This document shows positions 1 through 9,214 of a stretch of DNA of 64,000 nucleotides, piece by piece (within the stretch, counting starts at the first letter, position 1; each line of letters begins with the position of its first letter). Below the pieces are notes generated by a model. It was not told the origin of the DNA. It was given only the letters and a program-made list of their open reading frames with translations, and made no database searches. The stretch lies in the NCBI GenBank assembly GCA_016703065.1, contig JADJCU010000002.1, forward strand, positions 142,797 to 206,796. The letters run 5' to 3'. The DNA is from a bacterium (GTDB taxonomy: Bacteria > Electryoneota > RPQS01). The translations under genes were made by a program, and so were the position numbers.

Positions 1-9
1 CCATTTCGA

Positions 10-933
10 ATGGTTGACCTCGCCGGTGTGGTGACTCTGGCATATCCCGATTCCACCGACTCCACGCGCGTTCGTTACCTCCTGGATGTCGACGCCGACA
101 ATGTGGCTGATTACCGTCTGAACTTCGGCCCCGCTGATTACGTGCCGCCGTCAGAAGCGACGCGTCCCAATGCCGGCGATGAAGTCACCATCTCTGGTGC
201 CCTGATGTCGCACGGTGAACCGCCGATGGTCCACGTTCATACGATCAACGGTCTGCTCTGGTTTGAGCCCCGCGATCACGGCGACGGCGCGCATGGTGGC
301 GACGGCGGCGGTCGTGGCGACGGCTTCGGCTGTGGCAGCGATCTGACCTATGTCGATATGTCCGGCGTCGTGATGTCCGTGATGGTCTTCGAATCGGTCT
401 TCCTCGCTGTTGACTACAACAACGACGGCAATGCCGAGTACGTGATCGACTTTGGCGATAACGTTGACCCGATGAATTCCGTCGTCCCGCAAGTTGGCGA
501 AACTGTTGATATCGTCGGCGGCATGCTTGGTTGCACCGCAGAAGGTATGGATCAGGAGTGGGTCGTCGTATACGAGGTAAACGGCGAGTTCTATCGTATG
601 CCGGGCGACACCGATGGCTTGGATCCAATCCTCGGCTCGGCGGTCTCCGAAAATCCGAATGCTGTCCCCGTCTCGCATCTTGTCGCGACGAACTATCCGA
701 ACCCGTTCAACCCGACCACAACGATTGACTTCTCGACTCCGATCACTGGTTTGGTTACCATGACCGTGTTCGATGTGTTGGGTCGTCAAGTCGCTACCTT
801 GATTAATGACAATCTGGCTGCCGGTTCCTACACCACCTCGTGGAATGCGGCCGGTCTGCCTTCCGGTATGTACATGTATCGTTTGACCGTAAACGAGCAG
901 AGCATTGTTAACCGGATGCTGCTTCTGAAGTAA
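10..933 (+). CDS. Secreted protein with T9SS-type C-terminal sorting domain (possibly 5'-truncated by window edge)
   Basis: The frame is open to position 1. The C-terminus NYPNPFNPTTTIDF...GMYMYRLTVNEQSIVNRMLLLK matches the CTD pattern shared by four other ORFs in this window. Confidence 0.8.
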   Translation: MVDLAGVVTLAYPDSTDSTRVRYLLDVDADNVADYRLNFGPADYVPPSEATRPNAGDEVTISGALMSHGEPPMVHVHTINGLLWFEPRDHGDGAHGGDGGGRGDGFGCGSDLTYVDMSGVVMSVMVFESVFLAVDYNNDGNAEYVIDFGDNVDPMNSVVPQVGETVDIVGGMLGCTAEGMDQEWVVVYEVNGEFYRMPGDTDGLDPILGSAVSENPNAVPVSHLVATNYPNPFNPTTTIDFSTPITGLVTMTVFDVLGRQVATLINDNLAAGSYTTSWNAAGLPSGMYMYRLTVNEQSIVNRMLLLK

Positions 934-955
934 GTCTTGCTCCCTCAGGCAAGAG

Positions 956-996
956 CCCCCACCCGGTTTTCCCCGCCGGGTGGGGGTTTTCATTTT
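956..996 (+). terminator. Rho-independent terminator
   Basis: Hairpin CCCCCACCCGG-N9-CCGGGTGGGGG followed by TTTTCATTTT, about 20 nt after the stop at 933. Confidence 0.8.
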
Positions 997-1227
997 CAGC
1001 CATCCGCATTGACGCTTGTCGCCCCGCGGCGATGAAGCGAGGCCGTGCCCAGCCGGAACCTGAAAAACCTCGCGCGTGCGGCGAGCGTCATCATCGGCCA
1101 TGCGAACCACTCATTCCACCGCGTGAGCAAATCCTCTCAGGATTTCGTATAATACCAAGCTTGCCCGGAACACCGGGAACTCAACAGATAAGCCGTTGTA
1201 AACGATAAGAATAGAGTCTTCTCGATC

Positions 1228-4200
1228 ATGACCCCATGGACCCGCCGTAGTCGAATTGATGCCTTGCATCGCCTCGCCAAAGAGCGAACCTCGTTCTCGA
1301 TGGTGCCATGGGCTCGCTCATTCAGCAGCAGCGCCTGTCCGACGCCGACTTCCGCAGTGACCGCTTTGCCGAATGGCCGCGTGATCTAAAGGGCAACAAC
1401 GACCTCCTGTCCCTGACACGCCCGGATGTAATCAAGCAGCTCCACGCACTCTATTTCGATGCCGATGCGGATATCATTTCGACAAACAGCTTCACCGCGA
1501 ATGCCCCGTCGCTTGCAGACTATGGCATGGAAGAATTCGCGCTCGAGTTGAATCTGGCATCTGCAAGAATAGCCCGCGAAGTCGCCGATATCTATGAGTC
1601 GTGATCCGTCTCGCCCGCGCTTCGTCGCCGGAAGTATTGGCCCAACCAACAAGACTCTGTCTCTCTCGCCCAACGTCAACGATCCCGGCTACCGCGATCT
1701 AAACTTCGATCAAATGGTCGAAGTCTATCTCGCCTGCGCGCGCGGTCACTTTGACGGCGGTGCCGACATCCTGCTGATTGAGACATCGTTCGATACTCTG
1801 AATGCCAAGGCCGCGATCTTCGCCGTCGAAACCCTGTTCGACGAGCGCAGTGAGCGCATTCCGGTGATCGTCCGGGACCATCACCGATGCCAGTGGCCGC
1901 ACCCTCTCGGGTCAAACAACTGAAGCCTTCTGGAATTCCGTTGCCCACGCGAAACCGTTTGCCGTCGGCCTGAATTGCGCGCTCGGCGCTCAGAGTCTCT
2001 ATCCGTACCTGCAGGAACTCTCCCGCGTTGCTGATTGCCATGTCAGCTTGCATCCCAATGCCGGGTTGCCAAATGAGTTCGGCGAGTATGACGACACACC
2101 CGGGAACATGGGCCGGGTCATGGGCCAATTTGCCGAAGCCGGACTGCTGAACATTGCTGGCGGCTGTTGCGGCACGCGTCCCGAACATATCCGCGCAATC
2201 GCCGCGTCGGTGCGCCGTTATTCGCCGCGTAAGCCTGTCAGCCTGCCCGTGCGTCTCCGTGTGTCCGGTCTCGAACCGCTGACCATTGGCGAAGAGAGCG
2301 GCTTCGTGAATGTCGGTGAACGTACCAATGTCACAGGCTCGGCGCGGTTCTCAAAACTCGTTCTGAACGGCGACTACGAAACCGCCGTCGAAGTTGCGCG
2401 TCAGCAGGTCGAGAGCGGTGCGCAGATGATCGACATCAATATGGATGAAGGTCTGCTGGATTCGCAGGCCGCCATGACGCGTTTTCTGAACCTGATTGCG
2501 ACCGAACCCTCAATCGCTCGCGTCCCTTTCGTCATCGACTCCTCAAAATGGTCGGTGATCGAGGCAGGCCTGAAGTGCATTCAAGGCAAACCGGTCGTCA
2601 ACTCCATCAGCCTGAAAGAAGGCGAAGCCGAATTCCTGCGGCAAGCCAAACTCTGCCAGCGCTACGGCGCGGCAGTCATTGTCATGGCCTTCGATGAGCA
2701 GGGTCAGGCCGACACGGTTGAGCGTCGAGTGGCTATCGCTCAACGCGCCTGCAAGCTGCTGATAGAACAGGCAGGCTTTGTCCCGCAGGACATCATCATT
2801 GATCCCAACATCTTCGCAATTGCCACCGGGATCGACGAGCACAACGACTACGCCGTGCAGTATTTCGAGGCCGCGCGGCAAATCAAAGCGAAATCTCCGC
2901 GTGTGCGCATCAGCGGCGGTTTGAGTAACGTCTCTTTCTCCTTCCGCGGCAATAACCCCGTGCGCGAAGCGAAGCGGTACGCCGTGTTCCTCTATCACGC
3001 GATTCGCGCGGGCCTTGACATGGCCATCGTCAACGCCGGCGCGCTGCCCATCTACGACGACATCGAGCCCGATCTGTTGGAAAGGGTGGAGGATGTCGTG
3101 CTAAATCGCCGCGCCGACGCCACCGAACGTCTGCTCACCTTCGCGTCGACCGTCAAAGGCAAAGCGAAAGAGAAACCGCAGAACTCGAGTGGCGCACCCG
3201 CGATGTCGCCGAGCGTCTGAAACATGCGCTCGTGGAAGGGATCGATGATTTCATCGTCGAGGACACCGAGGCCGCGCGCCTGATGTTCCCCGAACCGATT
3301 GAAGTCATTGAAGGTCCGCTTATGGCCGGCATGAATCACGTCGGCGACCTGTTTGGCGCGGGGAAAATGTTCTTGCCTCAAGTCGTGAAGAGCGCGCGCG
3401 TCATGAAAAAAGCGGTCGCGCATCTGATTCCCTACATAGAAGCGTCGAAAAAGGCCGGCGAATCCAGCAGCAAGGGCCGCATCCTGCTCGCAACCGTGAA
3501 GGGCGATGTGCACGACATCGGCAAGAATATTGTCGGCGTCGTCCTGCAATGCAATGGTTTCGAAGTCATCGACCTCGGAGTCATGGTCCCCTCCTCGAAA
3601 ATCCTCGAACGTGCGCAGGAAGAGCGCGTCGATCTGATCGGATTAAGCGGTCTAATCACCCCCTCGCTCGAAGAGATGACTTTCGTTGCGTCGGAAATGG
3701 AACGTCTGCGCATGTCTACGCCGCTCTTGATCGGCGGCGCGACAACGTCGCGCGTACACACCGCCGTCAAGATCAGCCCGAATTATTCCGGCCCGACCGT
3801 ACACGTCCTTGACGCGTCACGGGCGGTCGGCGTGGCCACCAGTTTGATTAGCAAGCAGCTCCGTGCAGAGTACATTCGCGATGTCGCCGCCGACTACGAA
3901 AAGGTCCGCGTCCTGCGCGCTCAGCAGAGCGGTGCCACGAGACTCGCCGCCCTCGCGGACGCTCGTGCCAATCGCGCCGCGCTCGAGTTCGCTTCGCCTC
4001 CCAAACCCGCACAGACCGGTGTCACGGTTCTGAGTGACTATCCCCTCAACCGTCTTGTGGAACGCATCGACTGGACGCCGTTTTTCCAGGCGTGGGAGTT
4101 GAGTGGCCGTTACCCCGCAATTCTCGAAGACCAAGTAGTCGGCGACAGCGCCCGCTCACTCTTCGCCGATGCGCAGACAATGCTCGCGACTCTGGTGCGT

Positions 4201-4908
4201 GAGAAGAGCATCTCTGCGCATGCCGCATTCGGCCTGTTCCCAGCCAACAGCGTCGGCGATTCAATTGAGCTTTACACCGATGAGTCGCGCAAACATGTGT
4301 TGACCACATTCCATATGCTCCGCCAGCAAATGCAGAAGGACAAGAACTCGCCGAATCTATCACTTGCGGATTTTGTCGCTACGAAAGCGTCCGGCATCCC
4401 CGACTACATGGGCGCATTTTGCGTTACGGCAGGCGGCAACCTGACTGAACTCGTAACCGCGTACGAGTGCCAGCATGACGATTATCGCGCCATCATGCTG
4501 AAAGCTCTCGCCGATCGCCTCGCCGAGTCGTTTGCTGAGCATCTCCACGAGCGTGTCCGCCGCGAATTCTGGGGCTATGCGCCCGCCGAGTCGCTCACGA
4601 ACGAAGAGCTTATCAAAGAAACCTATCAGGGCGTTCGTCCCGCTCCCGGGTATCCCGCCTGCCCTGAGCACTCCGAAAAGCGCACTATCTTTGATCTGCT
4701 TCACGCCGAACAAAATTGCGGCATGACCCTCACAGAGCATTTCGCCATGCTCCCGGCGTCATCCGTCTCTGGCTTCTACTTCTCGCATCCGCAGGCAAAA
4801 TACTTCGGCGTCGGCAAAATCGCCGATGACCAGGTGCACGACTATGCCCATCGTAAGGGCATCTCCTTCGAGCAGGCCAAGCGGCTGCTCTCGGCAAATC
4901 AGGACTAA
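1228..4908 (+). pseudogene. metH: Cobalamin-dependent methionine synthase MetH, frame-disrupted (at least 4 frame changes; pseudogene or assembly indels)
   Basis: Five colinear pieces read as MetH:
- MTPWTRRSRIDALHRLAKER (from ATG 1228)
- LVLDGAMGSLIQ...
- RFVAGSIGPTNKT...
- [16 protein letters not shown]...[14 protein letters not shown], the pterin-binding part
- [16 protein letters not shown], the B12 motif [10 protein letters not shown], and the AdoMet-activation domain running to 4908
Frame changes lie near 1288, 1600, 1870 and 3178. Confidence 0.9.
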
Positions 4909-4946
4909 ACCAATGCGGCAAGCTCATCGCTTGCCGCTTCCCTATC

Positions 4947-5972
4947 ATGATCGACCTCCGCTCCGACACAATTACAAAACCCACTGTGGAAATGCGCGCG
5001 GCGATGGCCGCCGCCGATGTTGGTGATGATCAGTTCGGTGAAGACCCCACCGTCAATCAACTGCAGCGTCGCGTCGCCGAATTACTCGGCAAGGAAGCAT
5101 CCCTCTTCTTCCCGACCGGTGTCATGGCCAACCAATGCGCCCTGCGCACACTGACTCATCCCGGCGACGATGTCATCGTCATGAAAGATGCCCACACCGT
5201 CTGTCATGAAACCGGCGCCTCAGCAGCCAACTCAGGAATCCAATTCACCGAAATCGGTAGGCTGGGAGAGTTCACGTTCGAGGAGTTCACGTCCGCCATC
5301 AAGCATCGCGGTCACATCGTGCATCCGCCGACCACCGTAGTCGAAATCGAAAACACCCACAATCGCGCTGGCGGCGTGATCGTGCCGCAAGACTTGATCG
5401 AAAGCGTGTGCGCCGCCGCGCGCGAGGGGAACATCGCGAGCTTTTGTGACGGCGCCCGGCTGTGGAACGCCGCACTGGCCTCAGGCAAGACCTTCGCCGA
5501 GCTTGCAGCGCCGTTTGATCTCGTGTCCGTTGCGTTCTCGAAAGGCCTCGGCTGCCCTGCCGGCTCCATGCTCGTTGGGTCAAGAGATATCATCCACCGT
5601 GCCGTGCGCTATCGTCGAATGTTAGGCGGAGCCATGCGCCAATCCGGTATCCTCGCCGCCGCCTGTCTCTACGCTCTCGACAATCACTTGGAACAGCTCC
5701 ACAACGATCACCGCAATGCGCGAATGCTCGCCGAACTGCTCACAAAGTCGTCGCGCGTCGCAATGAATCTCGCGACCGTACAAACCAATATTGTCATCTT
5801 TGATCTGATCGACGGACCAGATGCGCCTGCATTGGTCACTCGCTGCGAGCGGGTAGGCGTACGCTTCTTCGCTTTCGGCCCGCGTACGGTACGCCTTGTC
5901 ACACATCGCGACATATCAACCGCCGATTGTGAGCAGGCCGCCAAGCAGATCCTCGCTTCGCTCGCCCCCTGA
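4947..5972 (+). CDS. ltaE: Low-specificity L-threonine aldolase (PLP-dependent)
   Basis: 341 aa. The N-terminus [30 protein letters not shown] is typical of the threonine aldolase family. Confidence 0.8.
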   Translation: MIDLRSDTITKPTVEMRAAMAAADVGDDQFGEDPTVNQLQRRVAELLGKEASLFFPTGVMANQCALRTLTHPGDDVIVMKDAHTVCHETGASAANSGIQFTEIGRLGEFTFEEFTSAIKHRGHIVHPPTTVVEIENTHNRAGGVIVPQDLIESVCAAAREGNIASFCDGARLWNAALASGKTFAELAAPFDLVSVAFSKGLGCPAGSMLVGSRDIIHRAVRYRRMLGGAMRQSGILAAACLYALDNHLEQLHNDHRNARMLAELLTKSSRVAMNLATVQTNIVIFDLIDGPDAPALVTRCERVGVRFFAFGPRTVRLVTHRDISTADCEQAAKQILASLAP

Positions 5973-6243
5973 TATTCCTCGCTCCTCCTCTCTATCCCTC
6001 ACTCCTCTCTCGTCAATTCCCGCTCGTTTTGCTCGATCGTTCTTCTCGTTTCGTTCCCGTTTCCATTGCCTTGGTTTAACGGACGTTATGCTCCTCTCGC
6101 ATCATGTGCCGCACCCGTATGGAGGAGCCTGCCTCCTCGCGTAAGTTGACAATCGAGGGCGGATTTGCGGAAAATACAGAAGATATCTTCAAGTGACCTC
6201 TGCACTTAATTCAAACTAACTAACTCATAGCCACTATTTCTGC

Positions 6244-6272
6244 TTGACTGCTCCTAATTGCTTTCCGATATT
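6244..6272 (+). promoter_or_regulatory. Candidate sigma70 promoter upstream of the first cytochrome operon
   Basis: TTGACT-N17-GATATT in an AT-richer stretch about 190 nt upstream of the 6458 start. Confidence 0.3.
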
Positions 6273-6457
6273 AAGGGTGGAGTCAGCCGGACTGAGGAAC
6301 TACTGCCACAGATTGTCGGCCGCCGCTTCCATGGTGCGCAACTACTTTCGCATCTACATAAATGCGCGCCTCGGGGCTGTGCGGCTTGGCGCCATACGCC
6401 GTGCTCCCACACCGTAGACAACTTGCAGCAGGCCCACCGTAGCCAGAGTCACACTCC

Positions 6458-8395
6458 TTGGATAGATTGGAGTTTATTGTTCGCGAATTTTTCATAGCCT
6501 GTTGGGAGACGATCAAGCTTCCCTTCTGGCTCTTCGGAGTAGGGTGGAAGCGGCTGAAGGCCTTCGGACCGAGACGTATCGGGCTGGTCCTCTTCGCCAC
6601 CGCAATGGTCACTGTGGTCTCACTGCTGTTCTTTGTAAGAGTAACGTCGCAGCCTTCGTTTTGTAGGTCTTGCCACGTCATGGAGCCGTACTTCCAGGCC
6701 TGGGAAACCTCTACGCACAGCAACGTCACCTGTACCGAGTGCCATATCCCGCCCGGAATCGAAGGCACAGTGCATTCGAAGTTCTTGGCGATGTCAATGG
6801 TCGCCAACTATTTCACCGGCGTCTACAAGCGCTCCAAACCGTGGGCAGAGATCGATGATCGCAGCTGCCTGCGCTCCGGTTGCCACGACACACGTCTCCT
6901 GCAAAGTACGGAGAACTTCCGCGGTGTGATGTTTGATCACAAGCCGCACCTGGAGAATGTCCGTCGCGGCCGCCAACTGCGCTGCACATCTTGTCACGCG
7001 AATATCGTGCAGGGTGAGCACATCGCGGTCAACGAATCGACCTGCTTCCTTTGTCACTTCAAGCCCGATTCAGTCGGTCAAGCTACTGAACTGTCGCGTT
7101 GCACACACTGCCACAATCCGCCGCAGGGCGAAATGGCCGCCGATACGAGCTTCGACCACACCGAAATGCTTGCGCGAAAAACGGATTGTTCCAGCTGTCA
7201 CGCTACCGAAGTGGCGGGCGACGGTTTTGTTCCGCGCGAACGTTGCAACTCGTGCCACGCGCAGGTCGATCACATTCAGCGCTATGACGACCATGAATTC
7301 GTCCACCAGATACATGTGACCGATCGCAAAGTCGAGTGCACACAGTGTCATATTCAAATCCGTCACGGCAAGGAAGCGGTGCAGCTCGCCAGTGAAGAGC
7401 GCACCTGTGGCGAGTGTCACGGCGCTCCGGATAACGCGGTTGAACGGGTCTGGAAGGGCGATCTGCCCGGCCTCCCCCTGTCGCCGTCGTCAATGTCCCG
7501 CGCCGGAATGGCCTGCACCTCCTGCCACGTCGGTGAGATTCACACCAAGTCTGAAAGTCGCCCCAAGCCCGCCTGCATGCCGTGCCATGATGCCGACTAT
7601 GACAACCTCTGGCCGCTCTGGGCGGAGCCGATGACGCGCCATATCAGTGAACTCGAACAGCAGACGGCAAAGCTTGAGCCCGCTCTGCGTGACTCGATGC
7701 GCATCGCCTTGGAGTTGTACCGACGAGGTAACCCGCTCCACAACCCCGAGCTAATCAGGCTTCTGAGTGAGAAGATCACCGGGACCTCGACTCCCGGCGG
7801 CCAAGCCTGCGCAACCTGTCATCCGGGCGCTGCGAGCGCGGTCGTGGCCTACCATAATGGCACGTTCGACCATCGCAAGCATACAGCGCTTAAAGACTGT
7901 GCCCAGTGCCATGAGCCCGAGCGTAATGACCGCCACGGCAGACTGAAGCTCTCTGCAAACGAGTGCAATTCATGCCATCACGAGCCGCTGGCGAACGGCG
8001 AAACGGAGTGCGCCAGCTGCCACGCCACGCAGGCCGCCGTGTTTGCCGGCCGGGTCCCCGAGTTCGCGGCGGCCATGCCGTCGTTCAAAGTAGACCTTGA
8101 CGTGACCTGCAAAGACTGTCATAGCGTAAGCGGCGCCAACGTCTCTCGCGACGCCTCGTCGGCCTGCATCATGTGCCACGACGAGGACATTGCCGACACG
8201 CTTGCGCACTGGAAGACCGCATCCGTTCAAATGGCCAAACAGGTACAACACGCGCTGACTGCCTACCGGGCAGGCAGTGAACAATATAGAAGAAACCATC
8301 AATTCGCAGTCATGCTTCAGAAAGATGGGAGTGGGACTGCACATAATCCTGAACTATTCAAGCGGTGGTTTGAATCGCTTGGAGCGGCACAATGA
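6458..8395 (+). CDS. Membrane-anchored multiheme cytochrome c: NapC/NirT/NrfH-like N-terminus fused to a long multiheme extension (17 CxxCH + 1 CX4CH)
   Basis: 645 aa with an N-terminal TM helix (LVLFATAMVTVVSLLFFV). This is followed by CRSCHVMEPYFQAWETSTHSNVTCTECH, which is typical of NapC/NirT quinol dehydrogenases. Hand count gives 17 CxxCH, plus CLRSGCH. The start codon is TTG and uncertain. Confidence 0.85.
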   Translation: MDRLEFIVREFFIACWETIKLPFWLFGVGWKRLKAFGPRRIGLVLFATAMVTVVSLLFFVRVTSQPSFCRSCHVMEPYFQAWETSTHSNVTCTECHIPPGIEGTVHSKFLAMSMVANYFTGVYKRSKPWAEIDDRSCLRSGCHDTRLLQSTENFRGVMFDHKPHLENVRRGRQLRCTSCHANIVQGEHIAVNESTCFLCHFKPDSVGQATELSRCTHCHNPPQGEMAADTSFDHTEMLARKTDCSSCHATEVAGDGFVPRERCNSCHAQVDHIQRYDDHEFVHQIHVTDRKVECTQCHIQIRHGKEAVQLASEERTCGECHGAPDNAVERVWKGDLPGLPLSPSSMSRAGMACTSCHVGEIHTKSESRPKPACMPCHDADYDNLWPLWAEPMTRHISELEQQTAKLEPALRDSMRIALELYRRGNPLHNPELIRLLSEKITGTSTPGGQACATCHPGAASAVVAYHNGTFDHRKHTALKDCAQCHEPERNDRHGRLKLSANECNSCHHEPLANGETECASCHATQAAVFAGRVPEFAAAMPSFKVDLDVTCKDCHSVSGANVSRDASSACIMCHDEDIADTLAHWKTASVQMAKQVQHALTAYRAGSEQYRRNHQFAVMLQKDGSGTAHNPELFKRWFESLGAAQ

Positions 8396-8700
8396 CAACT
8401 CGCAAGACGACGAAAGCCTCCGCGAAAGGAGACGCTATGAACACCCTGCCTCGAACGCGCGTTAGTAAGCAGGCACGTACTGATGGTGGACCGGCCGCCC
8501 GAACGGCTGCTGAGTCTCCCCAAGGACTTCTGACTTTGTCAGAAGCCGCCGAGATGCTCGGACGCGTTCACCGTACCACAATCATGCGCTGGGTGCGTGA
8601 AGACCGCCTAAAATGTGTGCGTTTGTCACGCAAAGTCATTCTTTTTGAGCGCGACGAGATCACACGCTTCATCCGAGAGCATCGCGCAACGGGTCACTAG
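8392..8700 (+). CDS. Small helix-turn-helix DNA-binding protein (excisionase/MerR-like HTH_17 type)
   Basis: 102 aa. The segment LLTLSEAAEMLGRVHRTTIMRWVREDRLKCVRLSRKVILFERDEITRFI matches the excisionase-family HTH pattern. The start overlaps the cytochrome stop as ATGA. The N-terminal 45 aa are basic and low-complexity. Confidence 0.7.
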   Translation: MTTRKTTKASAKGDAMNTLPRTRVSKQARTDGGPAARTAAESPQGLLTLSEAAEMLGRVHRTTIMRWVREDRLKCVRLSRKVILFERDEITRFIREHRATGH

Positions 8701-9122
8701 GCAATTTCTTGCCTGCCATCGCCTTTTGCACGAGCAATTGCGCAAATTCGGCGAAAACAAGAGCAATCAAACCATCAAACGACCGTAATGAAGGGATACC
8801 GGATAAATTAATCTTCAATAATGCCTCCGTTTTGTGAAGACGTGAATTAGAGTATTTGAGTCTACAAATCTGAATTCTTTGTGCTTGAGGAACTGACCGT
8901 GCAAGGAGACAGACAGCCTCAGGTTGGTAAGAGTATTGCTGTTGGAGAAGAAGTTGTTTACAATTGGTGCAGTGACTTAGCATTGCGCTGAGTCGCAACA
9001 ATTCGACTACACAATGATCCTCCTACAGCGTCGAACCAACAACCGTATCAATGAGTTGCACTTCACTGCGACAAGCGTGACTTGCGGCCTTAATCAGACC
9101 AGACTTATCAACATTTATATTT

Positions 9123-9172
9123 CCCCCTGTGGATGCTCCACAGGGGGCGTTATATTCCGGTAAAGGCCGGAA
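9123..9172 (+). promoter_or_regulatory. Two adjacent stem-loops in the leader of the lipoprotein cytochrome gene
   Basis: CCCCCTGTGG-atgct-CCACAGGGGG (9123-9147) and TTCCGG-taaagg-CCGGAA (9155-9172), 45-90 nt upstream of ATG 9215. Function unknown. Confidence 0.35.
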
Positions 9173-9214
9173 CAACACTAAATGGGAGCAAGGCCCTAAC
9201 CCAGGGGTGCCAAA

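Noticed and set aside
1228-4908. Programmed ribosomal frameshifting or an intein/intron as the explanation for the split metH.
   Set aside because: - There are four shifts in both directions (+1 and -1).
- None has a slippery heptamer or downstream structure.
- No inserted sequence lies between the pieces.
Indels, whether real or artefactual, explain the pattern better.
5896-6144. An 82-aa ORF across the CT-rich tract.
   Set aside because: It is a Ser/Pro/Leu/Phe low-complexity translation of a polypyrimidine run. It has no RBS and overlaps the end of ltaE.
8392-8700. A prophage or integrative-element boundary, suggested by the excisionase-family HTH.
   Set aside because: - No integrase, recombinase, tRNA, direct att repeats or phage genes lie nearby.
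- The gene is translationally coupled to a cytochrome gene, so a regulator role is more plausible.
9014-9163. A 49-aa ORF (MILLQRRTNNRINELHF...) in the AT-richer intergenic gap.
   Set aside because: - It has no Shine-Dalgarno sequence.
- It runs through the 9123-9147 hairpin.
- It has no hydrophobic or known motif, so it is probably non-coding.
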